The notes under the pieces are model-generated. The model made no database searches, was not told the origin of the DNA, and was given only the letters and a program-made list of their open reading frames with translations. A stretch of DNA of 62,521 nucleotides, filler included, from an uncultured bacterium (GTDB lineage: Bacteria; Hinthialibacterota; Hinthialibacteria; Hinthialibacterales; Hinthialibacteraceae), in assembly GCA_964449065.1 (NCBI GenBank). It is 6 parts of 6 records of this genome, joined end to end, with 100 filler letters (N's around TTAATTAATTAA, not from the genome) between each part and the next. Parts side by side here need not be neighbours in the genome. Positions count along the whole stretch, not along the records: positions 10,571 to 20,975 come from CAYVAZ010000180.1; positions 21,076 to 31,454 come from CAYVAZ010000181.1; 4 more parts are not named here. The stretch is one strand, 5' to 3'. This document shows, piece after piece, positions 17,301 through 27,357 of the stretch (position 1 is the stretch's first letter; each line of letters opens with the position of its first letter). The position numbers were made by a program, and so were the translations under genes.

Positions 17301-19526
17301 TTGCTGCTGTTTTCGATTTTGATATTGGGTTGTGCGGTTGTTCTCTATTCCGTACTCTTTTTCGATGTTCCCATTCCTGCGTGGGTACGTAATATTCTAG
17401 GCGGTTTACGCCTCGTCTTTCTCATCTTCCTGCTCTATCTGCTGATCAATCCCAACGTTACCGAAACCGTCTCCACCCGTCTAACCCCAACTCTCTATGT
17501 CGCTCTGGATGATTCCCACAGCATGTCCTATCCGGTCTACCCCAATCTCGCCTCAGAAAACGAACCATCCCGCTATGACGTGATGATAAACACCCTGCAA
17601 AATGGTGATATCCTCAATCTCTGGAAAGACAAAGGCTTTCAACTCCGCTTTGCCAATCTTTCAAACATGACACAACAAGGCGCAAGTTGGAATTCATCTC
17701 TGCCAACAGTTTCAAAAGCCAACGCTCCCCAAACCAATCTCTCAGCGGCCATCAAGTCATTCGATACCAAATCTCAAAGCAATGACGCCGCCTACCTCAT
17801 GCTCTTCACCGACGGCCAATGGACCGAAGGCGGCTCACCCATAGCCGCGGTCGAAGCCATGATGCAAAAACGCCGGGGAGAAGGCCGCGCCCTGGATTAC
17901 CGCGTCTATTCCTTTGGAATCGGCACCACCGAAGAAATCTTCGATCTCCTCATCGAATCCTTCTACCTCCCCTCCGATATCCGCGCCGGAGACGCCATCA
18001 ACGCAGAAATCGAAATCTCTTACCGCGGCGAGCAGCCCACCGAACCGGTGCTATTACGCTTGCAGGGAATCAGAGATGACGAAACGGTTGTCTTCGATGA
18101 ATCCAACGTCGTAGCATTCGAAGAAGGGACTTCATCAACCCTGTCTTTCTCACTGCCTGAGATGGAAAAAGGCGAATACAAATTCACCGCCGATATCGGT
18201 GTTCAAGACGAGGAACTCTTCAGCGAAAACAACGTCTCCGTCCGTGGAGTTCGTGTCCGCGAATCCAAAGACCGCGTGTTAATCCTCACCTCCGCCCCAA
18301 CCTGGGATATCAAATTCCTAAAACGCGCGATGGAAGATCACCCTTCCATCGAAACCCAAGCCTATTTTATCCACGATGAAGGCCTGACTTTTTTGGGCGA
18401 TCCAGATAAAGCCGAAGAAGAAAATACTCCACCGGATGGCTTACCTGTCTTTGAAACTATCGAAACCTTAGAAAATTCTTTCCCGCAATGGAGCGTTATT
18501 GTCCTCTCTAACTTCTACTTCCGCCCCGATTTACAGGAACTAGCCCAGCGCTTGAATGTCTATCTGGAAGAAGGCGGTGGAGTCGTTGTCCTGCCCGGCC
18601 AATACAACAGCACCCAAACCGCGGCAAACATCGAAGCCATCCTTCCTGGCTTATTAACCCGCGCTTATGTACCGGTGCAGCAATCCGTCATCATTGCCCC
18701 CAACGACGCGGAAACTTCACCGCTACTATCGCAAATCAGCGATGAACAAAAACAAAACCTCATCCCCCTCACCAATTGGTACCGCCCGGTTAAAGCGGAT
18801 GAAACCATGACACCGGGCCAAGTTCTTTTGCGAGGAACGGTTGCCAATCGCAATGCCGTTCCCCTGGTCGAGCAATACCGACTCGGTTTGGGCAGAGTGA
18901 TCATTGCCTACACCGATTCTTTTTGGAAATGGGGAATGCAGTTGAAGGATGACATCCTTCCGGTATTTTGGGTATCTACCGTCTACCAAGCCCAGCCCCA
19001 ACTGCTTTCAACCGCGGGAGAAATCTACACTGGCCGCTTTACCTACAGCCCCTATCAACCAGTCGAAATCGAGTACACCATCCGCGAAACCATCCGCGAT
19101 GCCACCTCATCCAATCTTTCGCTTGTAGTGAAGCATGATGAAGAAGAAGAACGTATTTGGCTGGAATCCCAACCCGGAAAACCTAACACTTATCAGGGCC
19201 GATATACACCCACCGAATCCGGCGAATACACCCTCTCCACGATTAGTGGAGACGCACAGACTTCCTTCTCGGTTGAAGCCTCACTGGAAGAACTGCGCGA
19301 CCTGCGCCAAAACGTAAGCAGCCTGCGTGAAATCGCCAACGCCGGTGGAGGCGAATACGCCAACCAACCCGCCTGGAAAAGCATGGCGGAAAACGTCCCG
19401 CTCTCCACCCAAATTAAAGAAGAAACCACGCAACGCTTTTTAGGGGAAAAATGGTGGGTGATTACGCTTTTAATCACGCTGTTAGGCCTGGAATGGTTCA
19501 CCCGCTGGCGCCGGGGATTGCCTTAA
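17301..19526 (+). CDS. Membrane-anchored VWA-domain protein with Ig-like and GATase-like regions
   Basis: N-terminal TMs, LDDSHSM MIDAS, TNLSAAI, LFTDG, GLGRV...FWKW, C-terminal TM LEWFTRWRRGL. Confidence 0.75.
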   Translation: MLLFSILILGCAVVLYSVLFFDVPIPAWVRNILGGLRLVFLIFLLYLLINPNVTETVSTRLTPTLYVALDDSHSMSYPVYPNLASENEPSRYDVMINTLQNGDILNLWKDKGFQLRFANLSNMTQQGASWNSSLPTVSKANAPQTNLSAAIKSFDTKSQSNDAAYLMLFTDGQWTEGGSPIAAVEAMMQKRRGEGRALDYRVYSFGIGTTEEIFDLLIESFYLPSDIRAGDAINAEIEISYRGEQPTEPVLLRLQGIRDDETVVFDESNVVAFEEGTSSTLSFSLPEMEKGEYKFTADIGVQDEELFSENNVSVRGVRVRESKDRVLILTSAPTWDIKFLKRAMEDHPSIETQAYFIHDEGLTFLGDPDKAEEENTPPDGLPVFETIETLENSFPQWSVIVLSNFYFRPDLQELAQRLNVYLEEGGGVVVLPGQYNSTQTAANIEAILPGLLTRAYVPVQQSVIIAPNDAETSPLLSQISDEQKQNLIPLTNWYRPVKADETMTPGQVLLRGTVANRNAVPLVEQYRLGLGRVIIAYTDSFWKWGMQLKDDILPVFWVSTVYQAQPQLLSTAGEIYTGRFTYSPYQPVEIEYTIRETIRDATSSNLSLVVKHDEEEERIWLESQPGKPNTYQGRYTPTESGEYTLSTISGDAQTSFSVEASLEELRDLRQNVSSLREIANAGGGEYANQPAWKSMAENVPLSTQIKEETTQRFLGEKWWVITLLITLLGLEWFTRWRRGLP

Positions 19527-19748
19527 TTATAGGCTATTGGTGAATTGATCTACTGATAATCCAGACTTTTGGATTAAACTTCTTAAAGTTCCTTTTGCTA
19601 CAGTTTTATGTTTTGGAATTGATAATGTCATTGAATTATCTTTTTTGACCATAATAATATGGCTGCCTTTTTGTCTTACAATTTCCCAACCGTGTTGTTC
19701 GAATACTTTAACAACTTGTTGCGGTTTTAGAATCGGAACAGGAGGCAT
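19527..19748 (-). CDS. hicA: HicA toxin
   Basis: GWEIVRQKGSHIIM...IPKH...GTLRSLI. Confidence 0.92.
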   Translation of the reverse strand: MPPVPILKPQQVVKVFEQHGWEIVRQKGSHIIMVKKDNSMTLSIPKHKTVAKGTLRSLIQKSGLSVDQFTNSL

Positions 19749-19966
19749 TAAACTTCAACCTCTAGTTCGTGTGTATTGACGGCTAGCGGCATTCCTAATT
19801 CTTTTCTTACTTCTAAACACTGATGGATAGCATCTTGAATATTCAACAGAGCTTCCTCTTCTGTGTTCCCTTGACTTACGCATCCTGGAATTGATGGGCA
19901 CTCTACAATAAACATACCATCTTCATCTTGTGTAATAGAAACATGAAACTTCATATTTAACTCCAT
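19748..19966 (-). CDS. hicB: Short HicB antitoxin (hicBA order)
   Basis: DEDGMFIVECPSIPGCVSQGNTEEEALLNIQDAI. Confidence 0.92.
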   Translation of the reverse strand: MELNMKFHVSITQDEDGMFIVECPSIPGCVSQGNTEEEALLNIQDAIHQCLEVRKELGMPLAVNTHELEVEV

Positions 19967-19992
19967 ATAATTTGTCGCAAAAACCTTAAAAA

Positions 19993-20874
19993 CTATTTTG
20001 GATTGTTATTCCGTGCGTGCATAAAAATCGCCGAATGATCCTTGTTGAAATTCGTTTCATCCTGCGCCAATGGTTCCATAATTTCCCGCATCCGTTCGGC
20101 AAACTCCAATTTCGCTCCTACATCGCGCGCCGCGTTGGTCGCGATCTTTATATCCTTCGTGTGATGACCGAACTTAAAAAATGGTTTATCAAAATCTTCA
20201 GAGATCATTAATGGAGCCCGCTTCGGCATAATCCAAGACCCTGCCGCACCGCCTTGCACGGCTTCAATAACCTTTGCCGGATCCAGCCCGTTCTTTTGCG
20301 CGAAGATAATCCCTTCCGAGATTCCCATTAGGTTGATTGCCAGCACCATTTGGTTCACGCATTTGGTAATCTGCCCTGATCCGGGAGGGCCAACCAGCGT
20401 AATGGTTTTACCCACCGCTTCCAGCGCGGGCTTGGCTTTTTCAAACACGTCTTCTTCGCCGCCGATCATGATCGAGAGTTGACCGTTTTTCGCGCCTTCC
20501 GGCCCGCCGCTTACGGGGGCGTCCAATATCCCGATGCCTTTTTCTTTTAATTTTTGATACATCTCTTTCGCAAGTGTGGGCGAACTGGTGCTGCAATCCA
20601 CAATAATCCCGCCGGAAGCCATCTTTTGGCTCACACCGTTTTCTCCCATAATCACTTCTTCCACATCCGGTGTATCCGATACACAGGTAAAGACCAACTC
20701 ACTATTCGCACCCACATCGGCAGGCGTATCACACTGTGTCGCGCCTTCGCTAACCAGCGCGTTGCATTTTTCCGCCGTGCGGTTGTAAATAAACAGGGTA
20801 TAACCCGCCTTCATCAGGTTGCGGGCCATGTTTTCCCCCATAATACCGATTCCAACAAATCCTACATTCTTCAT
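19993..20874 (-). CDS. Beta-hydroxyacid dehydrogenase (GarR/MmsB family)
   Basis: GFVGIGIMG, YNRT, LDAPVSGG, GQITKCVNQ; start moved to ATG 20874. Confidence 0.9.
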   Translation of the reverse strand: MKNVGFVGIGIMGENMARNLMKAGYTLFIYNRTAEKCNALVSEGATQCDTPADVGANSELVFTCVSDTPDVEEVIMGENGVSQKMASGGIIVDCSTSSPTLAKEMYQKLKEKGIGILDAPVSGGPEGAKNGQLSIMIGGEEDVFEKAKPALEAVGKTITLVGPPGSGQITKCVNQMVLAINLMGISEGIIFAQKNGLDPAKVIEAVQGGAAGSWIMPKRAPLMISEDFDKPFFKFGHHTKDIKIATNAARDVGAKLEFAERMREIMEPLAQDETNFNKDHSAIFMHARNNNPK

Positions 20875-21075
20875 GGGTATTTCCTTTCCCTCTCTTGATT
20901 CAACATTATCTCGATAGATATTCATCATTATAAGCAAACAAGGCTTGATTTAAACCGTGCCAACCGGCCGATTCGNNNNNNNNNNNNNNNNNNNNNNNNN
21001 NNNNNNNNNNNNNNNNNNNTTAATTAATTAANNNNNNNNNNNNNNNNNNNNNNNNNNNNNNNNNNNNNNNNNNNN

Positions 21076-21678
21076 GCAGTGTTATTCGCTGGGTGCTCCT
21101 TGGTGTCCTTTTGGCTGTCTCCTCAATTGATGGGCATCGCTTATATCTATTTCGTGATCAACGTTCTCTATTCGTTTTATTGCAAGCGCATCGTGATATT
21201 GGATTGCATGATTATCGCCGCGGGTTTTGTCCTGCGCGCATTGGCGGGCGCGGTGGTCATTGGCGAAGAGTTTTCGGATTGGCTGTATATCTGCGCCACG
21301 TTTGTCTCGTTGTTTCTGGCCTTCTCCAAACGGCGGCATGAGATTTTATTGCTGGGGGACGATAAAGCGAAACAACACCGTGTGATCCTGGCCGAATACA
21401 GCGTCCCGCTGCTGGATCAAATCATCTCTATCGTCACCGCGGCAACCATTGTTTCTTACGCGTTGTATTGTATCGATTCCGAAGACGTCCTAACCGGACG
21501 TCTGCATACAAACATGAAATACACGCTCCCCTTTGTGATTTACGGTCTGTTCCGTTATTTGTATTTGGTGTACCGCAAAGACAAAGGCGGAAACCCCACC
21601 GAATTGCTGCTTTCCGATTCTCAACTGATCCTCAATGGGATTTTGTGGATAGGCGTGGTTTTTTGGGCGTTGAACTAA
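21076..21678 (+). CDS. UbiA-family decaprenyl-phosphate phosphoribosyltransferase-like protein, 5' end cut by contig edge
   Basis: YSFYCKRIVILD, GFVLRALAG, LAFSKRRHE, YTLPFVIYGLFRYLY, GGNPTE. Confidence 0.85.
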   Translation, partial: AVLFAGCSLVSFWLSPQLMGIAYIYFVINVLYSFYCKRIVILDCMIIAAGFVLRALAGAVVIGEEFSDWLYICATFVSLFLAFSKRRHEILLLGDDKAKQHRVILAEYSVPLLDQIISIVTAATIVSYALYCIDSEDVLTGRLHTNMKYTLPFVIYGLFRYLYLVYRKDKGGNPTELLLSDSQLILNGILWIGVVFWALN

Positions 21679-21810
21679 CCCAAAAACATGCCCCAAAAAA
21701 AAATGAAATCAGCTATTGACTTGCTTTCTCTTACTTGTAATTTACAGTTGAATCAAGAGAAATGGTACGTTGATCTCATTCTGTTCCTCTTGGTTTAAAC
21801 TACAAACTGT

Positions 21811-22251
21811 GTGATGAATGTTGAGGAGCATCTCATGAACAATCAGTGGAAACGGTTTGAGGGATTAGGTTGGGCGGGAAAAACTATAGTGATAGGCGAA
21901 AATGGAATCATGGCAAGAGTACAGATGAATCAATATCATGCCCCGTTGTGGTTTTGGGTCATTCCCTTTGACGAAGAAGAAACAATCCTGCAAGACAGGG
22001 AAGACGGGGATATCCATCCCTCTACCCTTCTAAACTGGGAAGAAGACGAAGAAAACGACTTGGAATATTATGGGGAGGATTTGGACGAGGAAGACGAAGA
22101 CGATCTCGAAGATATCGAGGATGAGTTCGATGAGGATATAGACGAGGATTTGGACGAAGAGATCGACGAAGACGAGGATGATTTCCTGGACGATGAGGAT
22201 GATTTAGATGATGACTTTGTTGATATTGACGAAGACGAAGAAATCATTTAA
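21811..22251 (+). CDS. Hypothetical protein with a long Asp/Glu tail (start uncertain)
   Basis: Open frame; the last ~70 residues are mostly D/E. Confidence 0.55.
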   Translation: MMNVEEHLMNNQWKRFEGLGWAGKTIVIGENGIMARVQMNQYHAPLWFWVIPFDEEETILQDREDGDIHPSTLLNWEEDEENDLEYYGEDLDEEDEDDLEDIEDEFDEDIDEDLDEEIDEDEDDFLDDEDDLDDDFVDIDEDEEII

Positions 22252-22295
22252 CTCGGAAATCTCTTAACACGCCGCCATACGCTTGTGTTGAATTT

Positions 22296-23624
22296 CTAAG
22301 CAGATAACCGGTCAAGTTCCCCAAGGGATTGCAGCAGTTCCTCGGCGATTTTGATGCTGTAATTCATGCCCCGGTCTTCCGGGTATATCTGCACCATCGT
22401 GCACAAATACAACCCCGGGATTGGCGTCTCAAATCCCGGTTTCTTTTTGGAATAATGCAGCCCGACCACCGGTTGAGTGTATTCCGCTTTCGACAGCGTG
22501 AAGCTGCTGACCCATTCCTCCTCAAATTCCGGAAACACGCGGTTTAATCCCGCCAAAAAGAGCGGTTTTAATTTGGCCGAACTCATGGTAAACATAGGAT
22601 GATCCGAACTTAAATAGCGCGATAAATAAATGGGGACAGATTCTCCATAATTGGGATCGTTCAGCAAATTTGTATGCTCAATCACTGCGACAAAGGGAGA
22701 ATCCGGCTGGGTAATGTTTAGCCAATAAAATGGAGAAAGGGACTGTTTCACGCCCATGGCAACGGTTATATTCGCCTGGTACGGGATTTGGCTGACCGTT
22801 TGGCGGTACTCTTCCGGTAAGGAGGGAACCATCTCTAAAAACGATGGGACACTGGGTGTGACGATCACCCGGTCAAAATCATATTCGCCTTTGCGGGATT
22901 TGATTCGAAGCGTTCCATTGGCATTCGGGCTGATTTCTTCGACGATCTCACGCAGATGAAAATTGCCTCCTTGCTGTTCGATCCGCTCTCCCATCCGTTC
23001 GTAAACTTGGCCCCAGCCGTCTTGCAAATAGCCCAGGCATTCCCCCGCACCGCTTTTGGACCGGGTGCCGCCGCGCAATTTCACTTTGCCCCAAAACCAT
23101 ACCGCCGAGACTTCACGATAGCGGTCGCCGAATTTAGAGCGCAGCAGCGGTTCCCACAAAATACGGTAAGAGGCTTCGCCCATTTCACGAATGATCCACT
23201 CCTCCGCGGTGATGCTTTCCAACTCCAAATAGGATTGGATGCGTTTTGCCCGCAGAACCGTTAAACCGGTTCGAATACGCGAGAAAAAGGGCAATGGTGA
23301 AAACCGAAGCAAATCAACCGGTGTGGTAAACGGATAGAGTTTGCCGTTGTGTTCAAACCCCACGGAAGAATCACACCATTTGAGTTTGTCTGACAAGCCG
23401 ACATGATCGATAAACGCTTGGATATGGGTATCGCTGGTGAAAATATGATGATAAAAGCGGTCCAGTTGGGTATGCCCAAAGGGAATGGAGGATGCCAGTC
23501 CGCCCAGACCCTCCCACTTTTCAAAGATATGAACGTCGTGCCCGTTTTGGGTGAGATGCCAGGCCAATGTGCAGCCTGCTGCGCCTGCTCCCACAATACC
23601 GTAAGACCGTTTTTTATCACGCAT
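22296..23624 (-). CDS. FAD-dependent oxidoreductase (amine oxidase/protoporphyrinogen oxidase-like)
   Basis: GAGAAG, EKWEGLGGLA, DRFYHHIF, YPEDRGMN. Confidence 0.85.
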   Translation of the reverse strand: MRDKKRSYGIVGAGAAGCTLAWHLTQNGHDVHIFEKWEGLGGLASSIPFGHTQLDRFYHHIFTSDTHIQAFIDHVGLSDKLKWCDSSVGFEHNGKLYPFTTPVDLLRFSPLPFFSRIRTGLTVLRAKRIQSYLELESITAEEWIIREMGEASYRILWEPLLRSKFGDRYREVSAVWFWGKVKLRGGTRSKSGAGECLGYLQDGWGQVYERMGERIEQQGGNFHLREIVEEISPNANGTLRIKSRKGEYDFDRVIVTPSVPSFLEMVPSLPEEYRQTVSQIPYQANITVAMGVKQSLSPFYWLNITQPDSPFVAVIEHTNLLNDPNYGESVPIYLSRYLSSDHPMFTMSSAKLKPLFLAGLNRVFPEFEEEWVSSFTLSKAEYTQPVVGLHYSKKKPGFETPIPGLYLCTMVQIYPEDRGMNYSIKIAEELLQSLGELDRLSA

Positions 23625-23635
23625 ACAAGACCTGC

Positions 23636-25204
23636 TTATTCGTCCAGTAACAGTTTGTAGTCGATGCTGTCAACCAAGGCTTCCCACGAAGCTTCGATGA
23701 TGTTTTCCGATACGCCGGTGGTGATCCATTCGCGCTCCCCATCCGTCGATTCAATCAACACGCGCGTTTTGGCGGCGGTGCCTTCCGCCCCGCTCAAGAT
23801 ACGGACTTTAAAATCATTCAACCGCACGGTTTTCAGTTGCGGATATTTAACCTCAAGGGCTTTGCGTAAAGCGTTATCCAGCGCGTTTACGGGACCATCG
23901 CCCTCGCCGACTTCAAAGAATGTATCCTCGCCGATTTTCAGCCTGACGGTTGCTTCCGTCCACAAATCACCGGAAGAATGCTGATCAACAAACACACGAT
24001 AGGTAATGAGCTCGAAAAATGAGCGGTGTAAGCCAAGTTCTTTTTTGATTAACAGTTCTAATGAAGCGGTGGCGGTTTCGAAAAAATAGCCTTCGTTTTC
24101 GAGATGTTTCACCTTCTGCAAAATGGATTTGGCTGCCGGGGTTGACGGATCTATAACAATGCCCATTTCACCGGCTAAATGAAATATATTGGATTGCCCG
24201 GATAATTCGGAAACCAACACGCGCTGCGTATTCCCAACCAGAGTTGGGTCGATATGCTCATACGTGCGGGAATCGCGGCGGACCGCGCTGACATGAATTC
24301 CCCCTTTATGGGCAAACGCGCTTTTGCCGACATACGGCTGTCTATCATCCGGCGGCAGATTGGCCAATTCGTAGATGTAGTGTGATAATGGGGTAAGGTA
24401 TTTTAGTTGTTCCGGATCAATGACATCATAACCCAACTTCAGCATCAATAATGGTATTAACAATGCCAGGTCTGAATTGCCGCAGCGTTCGCCAAAGCCG
24501 TTAAAGGTGCCCTGTACATGAGTGGCGCCGGCCATAACGCCCGCGATGGCGTTGGCTTCGCCACAGCCGCTGTCGTTGTGGGTATGAATCCCTACGCGGT
24601 TGGGTATCGTATCCACGATCGTTTTGGTTAACTCGCCGATTTCATGAGGAAGACAGCCGCCATTGGTATCGCATAGAGTGATTACATCGGCACCGGCTTT
24701 GGATGCGGCTTTGATGGTTTCCATTGCGTAGTCTTTGTTGTTTTTGTAGCCATCAAAAAAATGCTCGGCATCATAGACTACGGTACGGCCTTGGTCTTTG
24801 AGGTAGCGTACGGAATCTTCGATCATGGCGAGGTTATCGGAGAGTTCCACGCGCAAGGCGTTGGTGACATGCAAATCCCACGTTTTGCCAAAGATGGTGA
24901 CCACCTCGGTTTCCGACTCCAACAACGCGCGTAGATTGGGGTCGTCTTCGACTTTATACTTCGCGTGGCGCGTGCTGCCAAAGGCGGAGATTTTTGAATG
25001 CTGAAAATGAGTCTCTTTCGCGAGTTTGAAGAAAGAAATATCTTTTGGATTGGAGCCCGGCCATCCGCCTTCGATAATATCGATACCGAATTCATCCATA
25101 CGCTTTGCAATGCGTAGTTTGTCTTCCGCTAAAAAGGTTACATTTTCGCCCTGTGTGCCGTCCCGCAATGTGGTATCGAAGGTTTCGATTTTCTTTCCGG
25201 ACAT
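23636..25204 (-). CDS. cimA: Citramalate synthase (LeuA/CimA family)
   Basis: DTTLRDGTQGE, EGGWPGSNPKD, YDAEHFFDG, HTHNDSG, AFAHKGGIH, GDGPVNALD. Confidence 0.92.
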   Translation of the reverse strand: MSGKKIETFDTTLRDGTQGENVTFLAEDKLRIAKRMDEFGIDIIEGGWPGSNPKDISFFKLAKETHFQHSKISAFGSTRHAKYKVEDDPNLRALLESETEVVTIFGKTWDLHVTNALRVELSDNLAMIEDSVRYLKDQGRTVVYDAEHFFDGYKNNKDYAMETIKAASKAGADVITLCDTNGGCLPHEIGELTKTIVDTIPNRVGIHTHNDSGCGEANAIAGVMAGATHVQGTFNGFGERCGNSDLALLIPLLMLKLGYDVIDPEQLKYLTPLSHYIYELANLPPDDRQPYVGKSAFAHKGGIHVSAVRRDSRTYEHIDPTLVGNTQRVLVSELSGQSNIFHLAGEMGIVIDPSTPAAKSILQKVKHLENEGYFFETATASLELLIKKELGLHRSFFELITYRVFVDQHSSGDLWTEATVRLKIGEDTFFEVGEGDGPVNALDNALRKALEVKYPQLKTVRLNDFKVRILSGAEGTAAKTRVLIESTDGEREWITTGVSENIIEASWEALVDSIDYKLLLDE

Positions 25205-25509
25205 TGTCTTTCCTTTCCCAGTTTTTTACCGCCGTAATGTTAAACTCATAAGAGATAGATCGGCCATAACGTTCTTGCATTGAGGCTGTCACAACACTTA
25301 AAAACATTCACATCACAAAAGGTAAATTCGAAGAGTGATTTTAAGGGAAAGGATACTTGTTATGCCAAAGTGTGCAAACCCTATGCCGGAAGAAAACCTG
25401 ATTCAAGGGTAGATCACTACAATATTGAGCGTATCCGGCACTAAGAATTCGCAGTTGGACAAGCAAAAAATGACGGCTGGTCATCCGTTGCCCCCCCCTT
25501 TGATAAGGT

Positions 25510-25667
25510 CGATGCCATTGACTTTAGCCGTTTACCCCAACGGGGTTATAGATCATAGCCAGTGGCAGAGTGACCAAAGGGAACGCCGCCCCTGGGCAAT
25601 GTGAAAAATATACCCTGACCTTGAAAGGGTCAAAGACATGAGAAGGTTCTTTAAGTCAATGGCATTG
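25510..25667. mobile_element. 158-bp MITE with 17-bp terminal inverted repeats and a 10-bp target-site duplication
   Basis: Left CGATGCCATTGACTTTA, right TTAAGTCAATGGCATTG; TTGATAAGGT at both 25500-25509 and 25668-25677. Confidence 0.85.
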
Positions 25668-25688
25668 TTGATAAGGTAGGGTAGTGGG

Positions 25689-25833
25689 CAACGCCTTTGA
25701 CTTAAAAATATTCCAGAGGATTTGTGTAGTAAAAGAAGTGATTGCGTTCTTCACAACCCCCTCTGTGTCTGCCACAAATTTGGGGGAGACGATATTGCGT
25801 TTTCAAGTTTAATACCTTAAATCAATGACATTG
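25689..25833. mobile_element. Second MITE with the same TIR family and a different interior
   Basis: Left CAACGCCTTTGACTTAA, right TTAAATCAATGACATTG; no target duplication seen. Confidence 0.6.
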
Positions 25834-25924
25834 GCCACGGGGGGGCAATCCCTAAAATAGTCTGGCAATTTATCAATAACATTTTCAATGCATTCAATGC
25901 GACATGGTATTGATGCAGGATGCC

Positions 25925-26638
25925 TTAGGCAACGAGTTTTCCGTGTTCCAGCTGGATGATGCGGCTGGCGTGGTTGTTGGCGGCTTCGCCGTGGGTGACG
26001 AAGACGACCGTCCCCCCGTTTTGCTGATACTTTACCAGATAATCGATAACTACTTTGGCATTATCGGGGTCGAGATTGCCGGTCGGTTCATCCGCCAGAA
26101 TGAGTTTGGGGTTGTTGAGCATGGCGCGGGCGATGGCGGCGCGCTGTTTTTCACCGGCGCTAAGTTCGGAAGGTAAGTGATAGGCTCTATCGGCAAGGCT
26201 CAATTGATTCAGCAGTTCCATCACATGGTCATGGCTGCTGGATTGTCCGTCGGATTGGCCGTCGGATTGGCCATTGGTGTTGGCGAGCATGATGTTCTCA
26301 ATGGTATTTAAGTAAGGCACTAAATGGAACATCTGAAAGACAAACCCGATATTTTGGGCGCGGAATGCAGCGCGGTCTTTTGGGGATAATTTATAGATAT
26401 CTTGTGCGTTGATAATGATGGAGCCGTCTGTCGGGTGCAGCATTCCACCCAACGCGAGCAGCAGGGTGGTTTTGCCGCTGCCGCTTTGGCCGCGAATGAC
26501 GACAAATTCTCCCGCGTTGATTTGAAGTGATACACCATCCAATGCGGAAACGGTATCTTGTTTGCGGGGATATTGTTTGGATACGTGGTTGAGTTCGATC
26601 ATGGTAATTTTGGTATCACATTCATTGGATGTCATCAT
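25925..26638 (-). CDS. ABC transporter ATP-binding protein (LolD/MacB-like)
   Basis: [37 protein letters not shown]. Confidence 0.95.
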   Translation of the reverse strand: MMTSNECDTKITMIELNHVSKQYPRKQDTVSALDGVSLQINAGEFVVIRGQSGSGKTTLLLALGGMLHPTDGSIIINAQDIYKLSPKDRAAFRAQNIGFVFQMFHLVPYLNTIENIMLANTNGQSDGQSDGQSSSHDHVMELLNQLSLADRAYHLPSELSAGEKQRAAIARAMLNNPKLILADEPTGNLDPDNAKVVIDYLVKYQQNGGTVVFVTHGEAANNHASRIIQLEHGKLVA

Positions 26639-27046
26639 TTATGGTTCGAAAAATCTGTCGAATCCTTTTTGTTTCAGACTTTCTTTCAATTTGATGTCCC
26701 CTGTCCACAACAATCCATCCAACTCCAACGTTAACGCAACAAATGGGACATCGTTGATATCTACATCTTGGCAGAGATAAAAAGCTGAATCCCAGTTTTC
26801 AACCAAGACATTGTCTTCATTATGGAGTTCAATTCGTTTCAGAATTCCATAAAAGCCTTCTAAAATTTGATCTTCATTGAGTTGGGACAATTTAAAAATT
26901 TTGTTTTTGTATTTGAATATTTCTATAACAAGATATTTGCAAGTATGGAAATCCAAGGTTTTATTCAACAAGAGCTCATAGCGAAACACATTTTCCACTT
27001 TTAACAATGCAGAAAAAACAACATTTGAATCAACGATTACTTTCAA
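26639..27046 (-). CDS. PIN-domain protein (putative toxin)
   Basis: VIVDSNVVFSAL, DVDINDVPFVAL, LWTGD. Confidence 0.85.
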   Translation of the reverse strand: MKVIVDSNVVFSALLKVENVFRYELLLNKTLDFHTCKYLVIEIFKYKNKIFKLSQLNEDQILEGFYGILKRIELHNEDNVLVENWDSAFYLCQDVDINDVPFVALTLELDGLLWTGDIKLKESLKQKGFDRFFEP

Positions 27047-27272
27047 CCGGATTTTTTCTTACTTTTTCTAATATCCAATCTTGGTTATTTTTCCACCAGT
27101 TTCTTTTAATTTCTTCTGAAATTTCCCATGCTTCTTCTTCTGTCATTTGGCTGTCTTTGAGAATATTTTCTATTTTTACATAAGTCAGAAGTCTATTCAG
27201 GAAATCTTCAGACATATCTTCTTTAGTAAAAGTCAAAGTATATGTATCGCCATCTTTTTTTAAATCCAACAT
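27030..27272 (-). CDS. Putative antitoxin upstream of the PIN gene
   Basis: 80-aa ORF overlapping the PIN start; AGGA RBS; MTEEEAWEISEEIKRNWW. Confidence 0.65.
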   Translation of the reverse strand: MLDLKKDGDTYTLTFTKEDMSEDFLNRLLTYVKIENILKDSQMTEEEAWEISEEIKRNWWKNNQDWILEKVRKNPVESNR

Positions 27273-27357
27273 AATTTAATCCTAACAAGTGTTTATTTGA
27301 TTGATTCTATTAGAAAACCAGTTCAAATCAATAAAATTATAGTTAAATCTGTGAAAA

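Noticed and set aside
25205..25440. Possible attenuator or riboswitch upstream of cimA (also looked upstream of hom and lysC)
   Set aside because: No Ile/Leu/Thr-rich leader peptide, T-box or recognisable aptamer seen by eye; an Rfam/Infernal scan would be needed to exclude one
26240..26272. 12-nt repeat encoding [11 protein letters not shown] in the ABC ATPase
   Set aside because: Short in-frame loop expansion with no sign of function
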